Of a stretch of DNA of 64,000 bases, positions 50,073 through 60,148 are shown one piece after another; the first letter of the stretch is position 1, and each line of letters opens with the position of its first letter. The notes beneath the pieces are model-generated. The model saw only the letters and a program-made list of their open reading frames with translations, searched no databases and was not told where the DNA came from. The translations under genes were made by a program, and so were the position numbers. Origin of the DNA: Candidatus Marinacidobacterales bacterium (GTDB lineage: Bacteria > Acidobacteriota > Vicinamibacteria > Marinacidobacterales > DATDRI01); NCBI GenBank assembly GCA_965219415.1, contig CBDCNP010000002.1:2144001-2208000 (forward strand), written 5' to 3'.

Positions 50073-50653
50073 CAAGCGTCCCGATGAAAAAGCTCTTCCT
50101 CGATAGCCTGACAAAGCAGGTGAATGATCATCGAGTGAACTTCTTGAATACGGGACGTCTCTTGATGGGAAACGACCAGACAGATGTCAACTTCGTCAGC
50201 CATCGTGCCTCCGTCCCGCCCGGTAAGCCCAATGGTTTTCAGTTTCTTCTCTCGACAGGCGGCGACCGCTTCCAAGACGTTGGGGGAGGTCCCGCTGGTG
50301 CTGATGGCTAGCGCCACGTCTCCCGCTGCACCGAGTGCCTCTACCTGACGGCGAAACACCATTCGGAAATCACTGTCATTGGCCACGCTAGTCAGAATGG
50401 ACGAGTCGGTAGTCAGAGCGATAGCGGGAAGGGCCGGGCGATCGAAGCTGAATCGATTGACCAGCTCTGAAGAAAAATGTTGGGCATCCGCGGCGCTGCC
50501 ACCGTTTCCGAAGGCGAGGACCTTCTTGCCGGAGCGGAGCGCGGCAGCCATAGCCTGTCCGGCTTCGAGCACCCGATCCGTTTCGTCCTCGAAGAATGAT
50601 CGCTTGAGAGCTAGGCTCTCCTCGACGATGTATCGCAGTTCATCCCTATTCAC
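50072..50653 (-). CDS. gmhA: D-sedoheptulose 7-phosphate isomerase
   Basis: GNGGSAADAQH, ISTSG, RIQEVH. Confidence 0.92.
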   Translation of the reverse strand: MNRDELRYIVEESLALKRSFFEDETDRVLEAGQAMAAALRSGKKVLAFGNGGSAADAQHFSSELVNRFSFDRPALPAIALTTDSSILTSVANDSDFRMVFRRQVEALGAAGDVALAISTSGTSPNVLEAVAACREKKLKTIGLTGRDGGTMADEVDICLVVSHQETSRIQEVHSMIIHLLCQAIEEELFHRDA

Positions 50654-50660
50654 GGCGCGA

Positions 50661-51707
50661 TTATGAACCGGGGTACAACAGCATGCAATCACCATAGCTA
50701 TAGAAGCGATAGCGCTCCTGGACCGCTTTCCGATAGGCGCGTCGTACCGGCTCAACGCCTCCAAACGCCGAGACCAGTAGCAGCAAAGAGCTCTTGGGAA
50801 GGTGAAAGTTGGTCAAGAGGCCGTCCACCACCCGAAACTGAAACCCTGGAGTGATGAAGAGCTCCGTCTTGGCCGGGCCCGCCTTTAGCTCTCCAGAAGC
50901 CAAGGTCGCCGATTCGAGAGCGCGAACCGTCGTCGTCCCGACGGCAACCACGCGCCCGCCTCGAGACCGAGCCGCATCGACCGCGGCTACGGTTTCCTCC
51001 GGGACCGAGTAGCGTTCATGCTCCATGCGATGATCCTCGATGGCTTCTTCGCGAATCGGCTGGAACGTCCCATAGCCAACGTGGAGCGTCAGTTGGGCGG
51101 TGGCGATGTCGCGATTGGCGAGGGAACGAAGAATGTTTGGTGTAAAGTGAAGCCCCGCGGTGGGAGCCGCCACCGACCCCCGCTGGCGCGCGTACACCGT
51201 TTGGTAACGTTCCCGATCTCTTTCGCCGAGCTCGGCGCTTCGTCGTTTGATGTAGGGAGGAAGTGGAGTTTGGCCCACACGGTCGAGAACATCATAGAGG
51301 TCTCCCTCATAAAAAAGCTCGATGCTTCGTTGACCAAGCTCCAAGAGGTCCGCAACGATTGCCCGGAGCTCTCCTTTTCCGAAGACGATCCTCGTCCCGA
51401 CGCGCAGCTTCTTCGCGGGGCGAGCCAGGACCCGCCAGACATTGCTCTCGTCGCGTTGGAGCAGCAGCAGCTCGACCAAACCGCCGGACTCGGTCCACCC
51501 GTGCAGCTTGGCAGGAAAGACACGGGTGTTGTTGAGAACTAGCAAGTCTGCCGGTCGTAAAATATTGGGAAGCTCCAGGATCCGGGAGTGGTGAAGCGCT
51601 GCACGCGGAAGCTCTAGGTGAAGAAGCCTTGACTGGTCCCTCCGTTCGAGGGGCTGCTGAGCGATGAGCTCGGGAGGAAGCTCGAAGTCGAACTCGGAGA
51701 GGAGCAG
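50661..51707 (-). CDS. queA: S-adenosylmethionine:tRNA ribosyltransferase-isomerase (CTG start)
   Basis: FDFELPPELIAQ, PLPPYI, YQTVY, AAPTAGLHF, TNFHLP, FYSYGD. Confidence 0.93.
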   Translation of the reverse strand: MLLSEFDFELPPELIAQQPLERRDQSRLLHLELPRAALHHSRILELPNILRPADLLVLNNTRVFPAKLHGWTESGGLVELLLLQRDESNVWRVLARPAKKLRVGTRIVFGKGELRAIVADLLELGQRSIELFYEGDLYDVLDRVGQTPLPPYIKRRSAELGERDRERYQTVYARQRGSVAAPTAGLHFTPNILRSLANRDIATAQLTLHVGYGTFQPIREEAIEDHRMEHERYSVPEETVAAVDAARSRGGRVVAVGTTTVRALESATLASGELKAGPAKTELFITPGFQFRVVDGLLTNFHLPKSSLLLLVSAFGGVEPVRRAYRKAVQERYRFYSYGDCMLLYPGS

Positions 51708-51709
51708 GG

Positions 51710-52723
51710 CTAGAAGAGTCGCTTTTGGGGGCTGGGGCGGTCGAGCCCGAAATGACGGTAGGCGCGCTCGGTCGCCACGCGACCCCGCGGCGTGCGATCG
51801 AGAAAACCGATTTGCATGAGAAAAGGTTCGTACATGTCTTCGATCGTGTCTCGCTCTTCGCTGATGACCGCGGCAATGGTACCGAGACCGACCGGCCCCC
51901 CCTCGAACTTCTCGATAATCGTCATGAGGATCTTGCGATCCATCTCGTCGAATCCGTGCTCGTCGACTTCCAACAGGCCTAGTGCTTCGAGCGCCACCGG
52001 CTCCGTGATTCTTCCATCCGCTTTGACTTGAGCGAAATCCCGTACTCGTCGAAGCAGTCGGTTGGCGATACGTGGCGTCCCACGGGAACGTTTTGCCAAA
52101 GCAGGCGCGGCATCGGCATCGATTGCGACCCCGAGGATGGCAGCGGAACGCAGCACCACCGCGGTGAGCTCTTCCTCGTCATAGAAGTCCAACCGATGAA
52201 CGATTCCGAAGCGGGCGCGGAGTGGGGAAGTGAGAAGCCCGGCCCGAGTGGTGGCCCCGACGAGCGTGAATCGAGAAACCGGGAGCTTCACGGATTTCGC
52301 GGAGGGGCCCTGGCCAATAATGATGTCCAGCCGATAATCCTCCATGGCTGGATAGAGCACCTCTTCGATGGATGGATGCAGGCGATGGACCTCATCAATA
52401 AAAAGAACGTCCCGTGTGTCCAGGTTGGTAAGGAGCGCCACCAAATCACCCGATTTTTCGATCAGCGGCCCGGCGCTCGGCTTGATGTTGACACCCAGCT
52501 CATTGGCGACCACGTGGGCCAGAGTGGTCTTGCCTAAACCAGGAGGGCCATAGAGCAGGAGGTGGTCCATTGCTTCACCGCGCTCGCGGGCGGCTTGCAC
52601 GGCGATTTGAAGCTGGTTCTTGACTTTCTTTTGCCCGATGTAGTCAATGAAGCTCTTCGGACGAAGGCTGGTGTCTAACGAGAGGTCCTCGTCGGACCTC
52701 TGGGCGGAGATCAACCGATCCAT
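51710..52723 (-). CDS. ruvB: Holliday junction helicase RuvB
   Basis: [29 protein letters not shown]. Confidence 0.97.
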   Translation of the reverse strand: MDRLISAQRSDEDLSLDTSLRPKSFIDYIGQKKVKNQLQIAVQAARERGEAMDHLLLYGPPGLGKTTLAHVVANELGVNIKPSAGPLIEKSGDLVALLTNLDTRDVLFIDEVHRLHPSIEEVLYPAMEDYRLDIIIGQGPSAKSVKLPVSRFTLVGATTRAGLLTSPLRARFGIVHRLDFYDEEELTAVVLRSAAILGVAIDADAAPALAKRSRGTPRIANRLLRRVRDFAQVKADGRITEPVALEALGLLEVDEHGFDEMDRKILMTIIEKFEGGPVGLGTIAAVISEERDTIEDMYEPFLMQIGFLDRTPRGRVATERAYRHFGLDRPSPQKRLF

Positions 52724-52741
52724 GGTTTTGCCGAGATTAAA

Positions 52742-54574
52742 TCACACCTTGAGTCCAACCGCACGCATGAGCGCCAAGGCGTTGCTCTTCTGCACGACAC
52801 CCGATTGGATTTGGTAGCTGAACGTCATCTTTCCGTCTTCGAGGTGATCCTCGAAATGGACGTTGGCGGCAGCAGGGGCGAGAGAATCCGCAATCTTGGC
52901 TAGGGCCAAGTCGTGCGTGGTGATGAGACCAACCGCTCCGCGTTCGACCAAGCTGCGCACTAGGCCGTCCGCGCCGATTCGCCGATCGTGAGAGTTCGTG
53001 CCCTGTAGGATTTCATCCAAGAGAAAAAGCAAAGGCAACTCGTTCTCGGTCATCTCCATGATCTGCCGCAAGTGTAGAACCTCGGCATAGAAGCGCGAAA
53101 TCCCACTCTGCAGTGAATCTTGGATCCGGATGGAAGCGCCGACCGACAGCGGAGACAGACTGAGCGCTCTCGCCCGCACCGTCGCCCCCGCGAGGGCGAG
53201 TACGCTATTGGTACCCACTGTCCGAAGGAGCGTGCTCTTGCCGGACATATTCGATCCGCTTACGATCAGTAGCCGCTGCTGCCCGGTTCCCAGTCGCAAG
53301 TCGTTCCTAACCATCTGCTCTTCGGGGATGAGAGGATGACCGAGCGCTTGGCCCTCGAACCGAAGCCCTTCATCCACGAACGTCGGAAAGGGGTCGGCTG
53401 GATGCTCATACGAGTAGCTAGCGAGAGAAACCAAGGCCTCGAGCTCGCCGGTGGTCACTAGCCAACGATCGACCGAGCTCCCGAAACGAGCGCGCCAGGA
53501 TTCGATCGCGAAAGCCAACTGCGTGGCCCACAGCATCAAGGCGGCCAAGGGGGCAAACATTTGATTGCGCCGACCGTCGAGCAGATCGATGCGGCGGCGC
53601 AGGCTTCTCACCTGCTTCGACGCCGGAATCTCATGCGTGCGAAGCGATTGCTGAAGGCTGACGAGCCGAGGTGAAGAGAAGGACTCGCGCTCGATAAGCA
53701 CCAGGAGCTTCGATAACACCGCCAGGTCGCGGGCCGGTTTCTCGACCGCGGTGATCACTCGAAGGACGCGAGATCGTAACCAGAAGGCAAAGGTGGCTTC
53801 AACGAAGAGAACCCCGAGTAGCGGCAAGCGGCTGACCAGCGAACCCAGCCAGGCGGCAACCAACATCACCGACGCGGCACCGAGGATCACCGCGACGCAA
53901 CGTCTCCAGTCGGACACGAGCACCGGAGGCGCCGACGCCCAGCGAGACAGAGCGTCCGGATCGACCTGGGCCAGCGGTACCTTCTCTTCTTTGTCGAGGG
54001 TTGCGATCTCCTCTCTCAGATCGAGTCTCGGGCGTAGCTCCTCAATCGCCGCCTGTCGAGCACGGATTTCGGCGGGAGCGGCGGGGGAGAGAAGCCAATC
54101 GGCCAGCGTCTTGGCGCCCCAGCTGGTCGTTGCCGTAGAGAGGAGCTCGAAGAGCGAGCCGCGGCCGAAAAGATCCAGGTCGAGCGCGTAGGGGTGTGAG
54201 TCGGGAAGGAAGCGTTCTCCGGAATCGCCGGCCCCCGCCCACCGGTTCTCTAGCCGTGCCAGTCCCCTGCCATAAAAAGAAGTGGCGCTGGCTTCCCTTC
54301 GCCAGCTACGCAAGACCCCGTCATGAATGATCACCAATCCCACGAACGTCGCGACAGGAATCGCCATCCACCATGGCGACAAAACGGGAGTGCCCCAAGT
54401 AAACCAAGCCGAAACAAACCCCACCGCGAAGGTCGCCACACGACCTCGAGAAATCCAATCCGCCTTGAGATGGTGACGGTTCGCCTCGGCCTCCCGTTCT
54501 TCGCGAAGTTTGACGTAGACCAAGCGTGGAGTCGCCAGTGGAGTCGAAGCTGGGGTAGAGCGTTTGTCGTTCAC
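52742..54574 (-). CDS. Membrane-anchored MutS-family ATPase (domain V, no mismatch-binding domain)
   Basis: N-terminal TM helices; GSNMSGKST, SRFYAE, LDEILQGTNS, TTHD. Confidence 0.85.
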   Translation of the reverse strand: MNDKRSTPASTPLATPRLVYVKLREEREAEANRHHLKADWISRGRVATFAVGFVSAWFTWGTPVLSPWWMAIPVATFVGLVIIHDGVLRSWRREASATSFYGRGLARLENRWAGAGDSGERFLPDSHPYALDLDLFGRGSLFELLSTATTSWGAKTLADWLLSPAAPAEIRARQAAIEELRPRLDLREEIATLDKEEKVPLAQVDPDALSRWASAPPVLVSDWRRCVAVILGAASVMLVAAWLGSLVSRLPLLGVLFVEATFAFWLRSRVLRVITAVEKPARDLAVLSKLLVLIERESFSSPRLVSLQQSLRTHEIPASKQVRSLRRRIDLLDGRRNQMFAPLAALMLWATQLAFAIESWRARFGSSVDRWLVTTGELEALVSLASYSYEHPADPFPTFVDEGLRFEGQALGHPLIPEEQMVRNDLRLGTGQQRLLIVSGSNMSGKSTLLRTVGTNSVLALAGATVRARALSLSPLSVGASIRIQDSLQSGISRFYAEVLHLRQIMEMTENELPLLFLLDEILQGTNSHDRRIGADGLVRSLVERGAVGLITTHDLALAKIADSLAPAAANVHFEDHLEDGKMTFSYQIQSGVVQKSNALALMRAVGLKV

Positions 54575-54589
54575 GAATGGAGTCGAGCC

Positions 54590-55201
54590 CTAACTCGAAA
54601 AACGGCGGAGCGCGCCCTTCAGCGCGCTCTCGAAAGACGGGTTAGTCAAGTTCTTCAACGCCTCACGCACCGCTTGGTCCACTTGGCTCCTTTGGTACCC
54701 CAGATTGAGGAGAGCGGATACGAGGTCGTCGCGCAACGCGGTCTCTGGAGCCGACTCGGATACCTCACCCTTGGCGGGCTCCTCGACTCGAGCCAGTAGC
54801 TCAGGCATTTTGTCCTTGAGCTCCACCACCAAGCGCTCGGCCGTTTTCTTCCCGATGCCCGGGATCGAACCGAGGCGTCGCAGGTCGCCATGTCGAATGG
54901 CATCGACGAGATCCGCGGGCTCTAAACCGGATAGCACTTTGAGGCCAAGCGACGGACCAACCCCGGCTACCGAGATCAGCCTTTGAAAGAGCACCTCTTC
55001 GATCTCGGTGCGGAAGCCGAATAGTGCGATCATGTCTTCCCGCACGTGAGTATGAACGCGAAGAGACACCGTCGCTCCCTGTGCCGCGAGCTCGTAATAT
55101 GTAGACAAAGGGATGAGGACTTTGTATCCAACCCCTGAGACGTCGAGGATCACCTGTCCTGGTTTCTTGTCGCGAAGAGTACCGCTAAGGTAAGCGATCA
55201 T
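54590..55201 (-). CDS. ruvA: Holliday junction binding protein RuvA
   Basis: MIAYLSG, GVGY, VREDMIALFGF, IPGIGKKTAER. Confidence 0.96.
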   Translation of the reverse strand: MIAYLSGTLRDKKPGQVILDVSGVGYKVLIPLSTYYELAAQGATVSLRVHTHVREDMIALFGFRTEIEEVLFQRLISVAGVGPSLGLKVLSGLEPADLVDAIRHGDLRRLGSIPGIGKKTAERLVVELKDKMPELLARVEEPAKGEVSESAPETALRDDLVSALLNLGYQRSQVDQAVREALKNLTNPSFESALKGALRRFSS

Positions 55202-55219
55202 TCTGGTCTAAGTCGAGGT

Positions 55220-55714
55220 TCAACGACCCGGGGCGACGCGCTCGGTGAAGCGGAGTCGGTGGGCGTCGCAAAGAGCCACTGCCAAGGCGTCAGCAGCATC
55301 GTGGGGTTCCGGAGGCTCCTGTAACCGAAGCAGAACCATCACCATCTTTTTCACCTGTTCTTTGTCGGCCCGGCCGTACCCGACGACAGCCTGCTTGACC
55401 TCGAGGGGGCTATACTCGAAGACTGGCACGCCTTGCGAGACACCCGCCAGAAGGGTGACCCCTCTGACGTGGCCGAGACGCAACGCACTCTTTACGTTGG
55501 CGGCGTAAAAGAGGTCTTCGACGACCACCCGCTCGGGATGGCAGCGCTCGATGACCTTCAAGAGCTCGAGGTGGATGTAGTGGAGTCTTTCCGCGAAAGC
55601 AACCCGGGGACTTCGGATGACGCCGTACTCGACGAGGGAGTGTTCGTTCCCGTCGGAGTCGATCGCCCCGTAGCCAGTGGCCTGGGTGCCCGGGTCGATA
55701 CCGAAGATTCTCAA
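55220..55714 (-). CDS. ruvC: Holliday junction resolvase RuvC
   Basis: GIDPG, EYSPLEVK, GYGRADKEQV, DAADALAVA. Confidence 0.96.
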   Translation of the reverse strand: MRIFGIDPGTQATGYGAIDSDGNEHSLVEYGVIRSPRVAFAERLHYIHLELLKVIERCHPERVVVEDLFYAANVKSALRLGHVRGVTLLAGVSQGVPVFEYSPLEVKQAVVGYGRADKEQVKKMVMVLLRLQEPPEPHDAADALAVALCDAHRLRFTERVAPGR

Positions 55715-55735
55715 GGTACCCGCTCGGGGTCAACT

Positions 55736-56491
55736 TCAATTAGAAGCCAGGGCAGCCTCGATCTCCTTTTCCTCTATGTCGAAGTTGGCCCAGACATTCG
55801 TTGAGTCTTCATGATCTTCCAGGACTTCCATGAGTCGAAGCATTTGTACTGCGTTCTTGCCGGAAAGCTTAACGCTGCTCTGCGGGATCATGATGATCTG
55901 TTCCGCCGCAAGAGCAATGTTCTTCGTTTCGACGGCCTGGCGCACGGCGTCGAAGGACTCGAGAGGCGTAAAGATCTCCCAGTTACTGCCGTCATTGTTC
56001 ACGTCTTCGGCGCCGGCCTCCAAGGCGATGTCGAGGAGATCCTCCTCAGCGATTTTCTCCTTTTCTACGACCAAGTAACCCTTCTTTTGGAACATCCAGG
56101 CCACCGAACCCGCCTCACTCAGGCTGCCGCCGAACTTCGAGAAGAGATGTCGGAGCTCTGAAACGGTACGGTTCTTGTTATCGGTCGTCGCCTCGATGAG
56201 AACCGCCACCCCCCCTTGCCCATAACCTTCATAGATCACTTCTTCCAGGTTGAAACCTTCGAGCTCCCCGGTCCCCTTTTTGACCGCGCGGTCGATATTG
56301 TCCTTCGGCATGTTCAGAGCCTTGGCTTTTTGAACCGCTAGCCGAAGGCGGGGATTGGCCCCCGCGTCGCCGCCACCGAGGCGAGCCGCGACCGTGATCT
56401 CCTTGATCACTTGCGTGAAGGCTTTGCCTCGCTTGGCATCGGCGCGGCCCTTCTTGTGCTTGACGGAGTGCCACTTGGAATGTCCGGACAT
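55736..56491 (-). CDS. yebC: YebC/PmpR family protein
   Basis: MSGHSKW, YEGYG, TDNKNRT. Confidence 0.95.
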   Translation of the reverse strand: MSGHSKWHSVKHKKGRADAKRGKAFTQVIKEITVAARLGGGDAGANPRLRLAVQKAKALNMPKDNIDRAVKKGTGELEGFNLEEVIYEGYGQGGVAVLIEATTDNKNRTVSELRHLFSKFGGSLSEAGSVAWMFQKKGYLVVEKEKIAEEDLLDIALEAGAEDVNNDGSNWEIFTPLESFDAVRQAVETKNIALAAEQIIMIPQSSVKLSGKNAVQMLRLMEVLEDHEDSTNVWANFDIEEKEIEAALASN

Positions 56492-56518
56492 AACTACACC
56501 GTTTACTTAAGGTTTCCG

Positions 56519-56547
56519 ATGCTAACAGATGCCTGGTGCGGGTTCAA
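56519..56547 (-). promoter_or_regulatory. Sigma70-like promoter of the yebC-ruv operon
   Basis: TTGAAC-17 bp-TAGCAT. Confidence 0.55.
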
Positions 56548-56563
56548 TCCCGAGTAACCGGAG

Positions 56564-57442
56564 TCAATCGTCAAAAACGAAGGTCGGCTCCTGATAATAC
56601 CGGACCCTCTTCTCGCCGACTTTCTCGTTGATGGCCTCCTGAAGCCAGTGGCGCTTTTCATGCAACGGTAAATGAGACTTCAAGAGCGCGAGTTGCAGGT
56701 TGAAGCCCAGTACGCGGCGCGGGACCAGAATCCGCGTTACGCCGGAGGGCAGACGCTCCCCAGCTTCGGCGACTCGGCGCACTTCGTCCTTCGAAAATTT
56801 AGGGAACAGTACCAGCGCCCCGAAGTGAGGATAGTGTTGCCTCACCGACGGAAAGTCGGTGTGGTTCACGCGATCCATCCGCCCTGGACCGTGGTAGTAG
56901 ATTTGGGTGAGCCCTCTCAGATGGCCCACCCGCTCGCTCAGCTCGAGCTTGCCATGTAGGTGAAGGGCCTTCGACTCGCTGAGAGCAATCGTGCACAGGT
57001 AATCGGGGTTCGACTCATCTCCTAGATCCCCGAGCTCGCCTTCTTTCACGGTCACACCAGGTATCGAGCTCGCTTTCTCCACGATGGTTTTCGCCTCGAT
57101 GTCCCGCACCACGTGGTTCCAATGAGAGATGACAAGCTCCGGCTCCTCATAACGTTCCACCTGGACGAGTAGATGCGGTACCTCGAGGTTGCGAAGCGCG
57201 GAGACGCGGTTGGCTCCGTCGAGCAACATGTAGCGCTCGCTGCCGGCGAGGCTCGCGGCAATGGGAGGATTCTTCAGGACGCCGTCGGCGGACAGACGGT
57301 CGATCAAGCGAGCAACCCGTTCGAGGTCTTCCTCCTCATGCAGCAGGAGATCATCCTGCGCCACGATGCGCAGATCGGGAAACTCCCCGCCCCGACCTCG
57401 ATGTCCCTGATGTCCCTGCGGTCGTTTAGAGGCCATCTTCAT
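56564..57442 (-). CDS. ParB/Srx-fold protein, SbnI/SerK serine-kinase-like
   Basis: LLLHE, GVLKNPP, LLDGANR, LPSGVTR; no HTH. Confidence 0.55.
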   Translation of the reverse strand: MKMASKRPQGHQGHRGRGGEFPDLRIVAQDDLLLHEEEDLERVARLIDRLSADGVLKNPPIAASLAGSERYMLLDGANRVSALRNLEVPHLLVQVERYEEPELVISHWNHVVRDIEAKTIVEKASSIPGVTVKEGELGDLGDESNPDYLCTIALSESKALHLHGKLELSERVGHLRGLTQIYYHGPGRMDRVNHTDFPSVRQHYPHFGALVLFPKFSKDEVRRVAEAGERLPSGVTRILVPRRVLGFNLQLALLKSHLPLHEKRHWLQEAINEKVGEKRVRYYQEPTFVFDD

Positions 57443-57950
57443 TCATCAGTTGGGGTGCCAGAAAACTCGACCCCCGCCAACCGTAGATACACGTAGAGAC
57501 TTCCTCGGTGGTGAAACTCTTGCTCGAGCATGCGAGGCGAGCTCGGCGCGGGTCATTCCCGGTTCTGGACCACCTTCCGGGTTCGTCTCGCTCGGCGCCG
57601 CTGTGAAAGGTGAGTCGATTTTCTTGTGGAAAGCATCGTCCGTCATCATCGCCAGCCCACTGACGACGTCTTCGTGAAGCCTTCGAAAGAAGCTCATGGC
57701 CTCATCACGGCGCGCCCAGTCGAGCCGTGGCTCGAGATCCCACTCCTCCTCCAGGATGCCTCGGCTCATTACCAGCTCGTTGCTTATGATCTGACCGACC
57801 AACTCTCTAAAACTGCTCATCGACTCGGCCGGCCTCCATTCCCCATTCTTCTTGCGGAACGAGATTGCAAATTTGGAGGGTTCTGGCGAAGGTGCGACGG
57901 TAGCGATCGCTAAACTGCTTGACGTCGGTGTCACTCCTTTCCACTGTCAC
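57439..57950 (-). pseudogene. DinB family protein with two apparent frameshifts
   Basis: Reconstructed TFARTLQICNLVPQEEW|EWRPAESM...|MLEQEFHHRGSLYVYLRL; one shift lies in a G4 run near 57842. Confidence 0.7.
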
Positions 57951-57996
57951 GCTGCCGACCCCCCTCGTTGACGACTCCCATTATAGACCCAATGCA

Positions 57997-58026
57997 TTGA
58001 CAATTCGTGGCATCGGACCATAGCAT
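57997..58026 (+). promoter_or_regulatory. Sigma70-like promoter, probably leaderless transcript
   Basis: TTGACA-18 bp-TAGCAT, 8 nt before ATG 58035; no SD. Confidence 0.5.
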
Positions 58027-58034
58027 CGCCAAGC

Positions 58035-59249
58035 ATGTCCCGACTGTTTTACGCTCTCCTGGCTCTGGCGATTGGCTGTGCGGCGCCGGTTCCCACCGGG
58101 CCGGTGTTGACCTTGGGCGCGGCGATCCCCTTGAGTGGTAAGCATGCGAAGGCGGGGAGGTTTTTCAAACAGGGCTATGAGCTCGCCATCGAGGAGAAGA
58201 ACAACCAGGGTGGCGTCCTCGTAGGCGGCGAACGTATTCCGGTGAAGCTAGTTCTGTACGACGACAAGAGCGACGCCGCCACCGCGGTGAGCCTGGTCGA
58301 ACGACTGGTGGCGGTGGACGAAGTGAACGCATTGCTCTCCGGTTACAGCACGCCCCTCGTTCAAGCACAAGTGGTGGTGCCCGAGAAATACGGCATCCCT
58401 TATCTGAACGCGGGCGGAGCCTCCCAACCCATTTTCAAACCCAACAACAGGTGGATCTTCGGACTGTTGAGCCCAGTCGAGAAGCTTGCTGAAACAACGA
58501 TGGACTGGCTTGCGCTCGAGCAAGACGCCCAACGTCTGCCCTCGCCAGCCCGGATCGCGCTCGTATGGCAAAACACCGATCACGGCAGGGAGTACCGCAC
58601 GGGCGTTCAAGGAGCGCTACGTCGCTACAGAGGCCGTTTCGATTTGGCATTGGACGAAGGCTTCGAGCACCTCGCCAAAGATCACACAGCGCTTCTCATC
58701 AAAGTAAAGGCCGCGGAGGCGGATGTGTTCCTTTCCGACGCGCATGAGCCCGATTACGTACTGCAGCACCGCGCCTACGTCGAGCAGGGCCTGAATCACA
58801 AAGTCGTCTCCTATGGCGCGCGCGGCCCAGAGAGTAGTGTTCGCCGCGCACTCGGGGACCACGTGAACTACAACATATCCGCTCAATGGTGGTCGCCGGC
58901 ACTTCCGTACCCGCAATCGAAGTTATTCCTCGAAAGCTTCGGGAATGCCTACAATCAGCACCCCACCGAGTACTACCCAGCTCTAGCCTATGAAGGCGCG
59001 CGAACCATTATGGCGGCCGTGGAAACCGCTGGCTCGGTGGATAGAGACCCTATTCGCGAGGCACTCGCCTCGCTCGAGCTCCGCGATCGCCTGATCCCCG
59101 GTGAGCGTGTCTACTTCCCCGCCGAGAATCGGTATCAGATCGATAACACCTGCCTCATCGTTCAGAACAAGCCGGGTGGCGGCGTGGATATCATTTACCC
59201 GCCCGGGGCGGCGACGGGCGAAGCCATCGTCCCTCGCCCCGTCCGCTGA
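58035..59249 (+). CDS. Liv-type ABC transporter substrate-binding lipoprotein
   Basis: Lipobox AIGC; IPLSG, YDDKSD, SGYST. Confidence 0.85.
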   Translation: MSRLFYALLALAIGCAAPVPTGPVLTLGAAIPLSGKHAKAGRFFKQGYELAIEEKNNQGGVLVGGERIPVKLVLYDDKSDAATAVSLVERLVAVDEVNALLSGYSTPLVQAQVVVPEKYGIPYLNAGGASQPIFKPNNRWIFGLLSPVEKLAETTMDWLALEQDAQRLPSPARIALVWQNTDHGREYRTGVQGALRRYRGRFDLALDEGFEHLAKDHTALLIKVKAAEADVFLSDAHEPDYVLQHRAYVEQGLNHKVVSYGARGPESSVRRALGDHVNYNISAQWWSPALPYPQSKLFLESFGNAYNQHPTEYYPALAYEGARTIMAAVETAGSVDRDPIREALASLELRDRLIPGERVYFPAENRYQIDNTCLIVQNKPGGGVDIIYPPGAATGEAIVPRPVR

Positions 59250-59278
59250 TCAAGCACACCGCATGCCGTGAAGCACTG

Positions 59279-60148
59279 ATGACTTTGACGTGGCCAGATC
59301 TCGCGGCGGTGGTCGTTTCGGGGATGCTTCTGGGTGCCCTATACGGATTGATGTCCTATGGGCTCGGACTCATCTATGGCGTTATGAAGATCGTGAACCT
59401 AGCGCATGGCGCCATGCTCACGCTCGGAGCCTACGGAACTCTCTGGCTCCACACCAACTACCGCATCGATCCCTTACTCTCGATTCCACTGATCGCAGCC
59501 GGCGGATTCGTCATCGGTTTCTTACTAGAGATCAGCCTGGTCAAGAGGATTCGACAAGCTCCCGCTATTTCCTCGTTGCTTCTTCTCTTCGGAGTCTGGT
59601 TGGTCGTGAAGAACGTCCTCTACCTCTTCTTCGGCGGTGACGATCAATCGATCCTGACGAGCTACACCTTCGAGCGCTTGGACCTCGGTATTCCCGTAAA
59701 CGTGACGCGTCTCCTCGTCTTCGGGATCTCGCTTGTTTGCTTCGGGGGGCTCCAGTACCTGCTTCACCATACGTACTTGGGGCGGGCGATCCGAGCGGTG
59801 GCACAGGATTCCGCCGCCGCGGCACTTGCTGGCATCAATGTGGACCGCGTTTCGGCTCTGACCTTCGGGCTCGGGTCGGCCCTGGCGACCATCGCCGGTA
59901 GCCTCATGGCATTGATCTATTCGTTCAACCCCGAGTTCGGCGGAAGCTTCTTGCTGAAGAGCTTTTGCGTCGTCGTGCTTGGCGGATTGGAAAGCACGAT
60001 AGGGATTCTCCTCGGCGGATTCGCGCTCGGACTCGCGGAGTCTTTGTCGGTAGTCGTCCTGCCTGCTTCCTTCCAAGACTTGGTGAGCTTCGTTCTGCTA
60101 GTCGTCATCCTGGTGATTCGGCCCCCGCGAACAGGAGAAAGAGCATGA
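59279..60148 (+). CDS. livH: Branched-chain amino acid ABC permease
   Basis: GLIYGVMKIVNLAHG, GRAIRAVAQD, VVLGG. Confidence 0.88.
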   Translation: MTLTWPDLAAVVVSGMLLGALYGLMSYGLGLIYGVMKIVNLAHGAMLTLGAYGTLWLHTNYRIDPLLSIPLIAAGGFVIGFLLEISLVKRIRQAPAISSLLLLFGVWLVVKNVLYLFFGGDDQSILTSYTFERLDLGIPVNVTRLLVFGISLVCFGGLQYLLHHTYLGRAIRAVAQDSAAAALAGINVDRVSALTFGLGSALATIAGSLMALIYSFNPEFGGSFLLKSFCVVVLGGLESTIGILLGGFALGLAESLSVVVLPASFQDLVSFVLLVVILVIRPPRTGERA

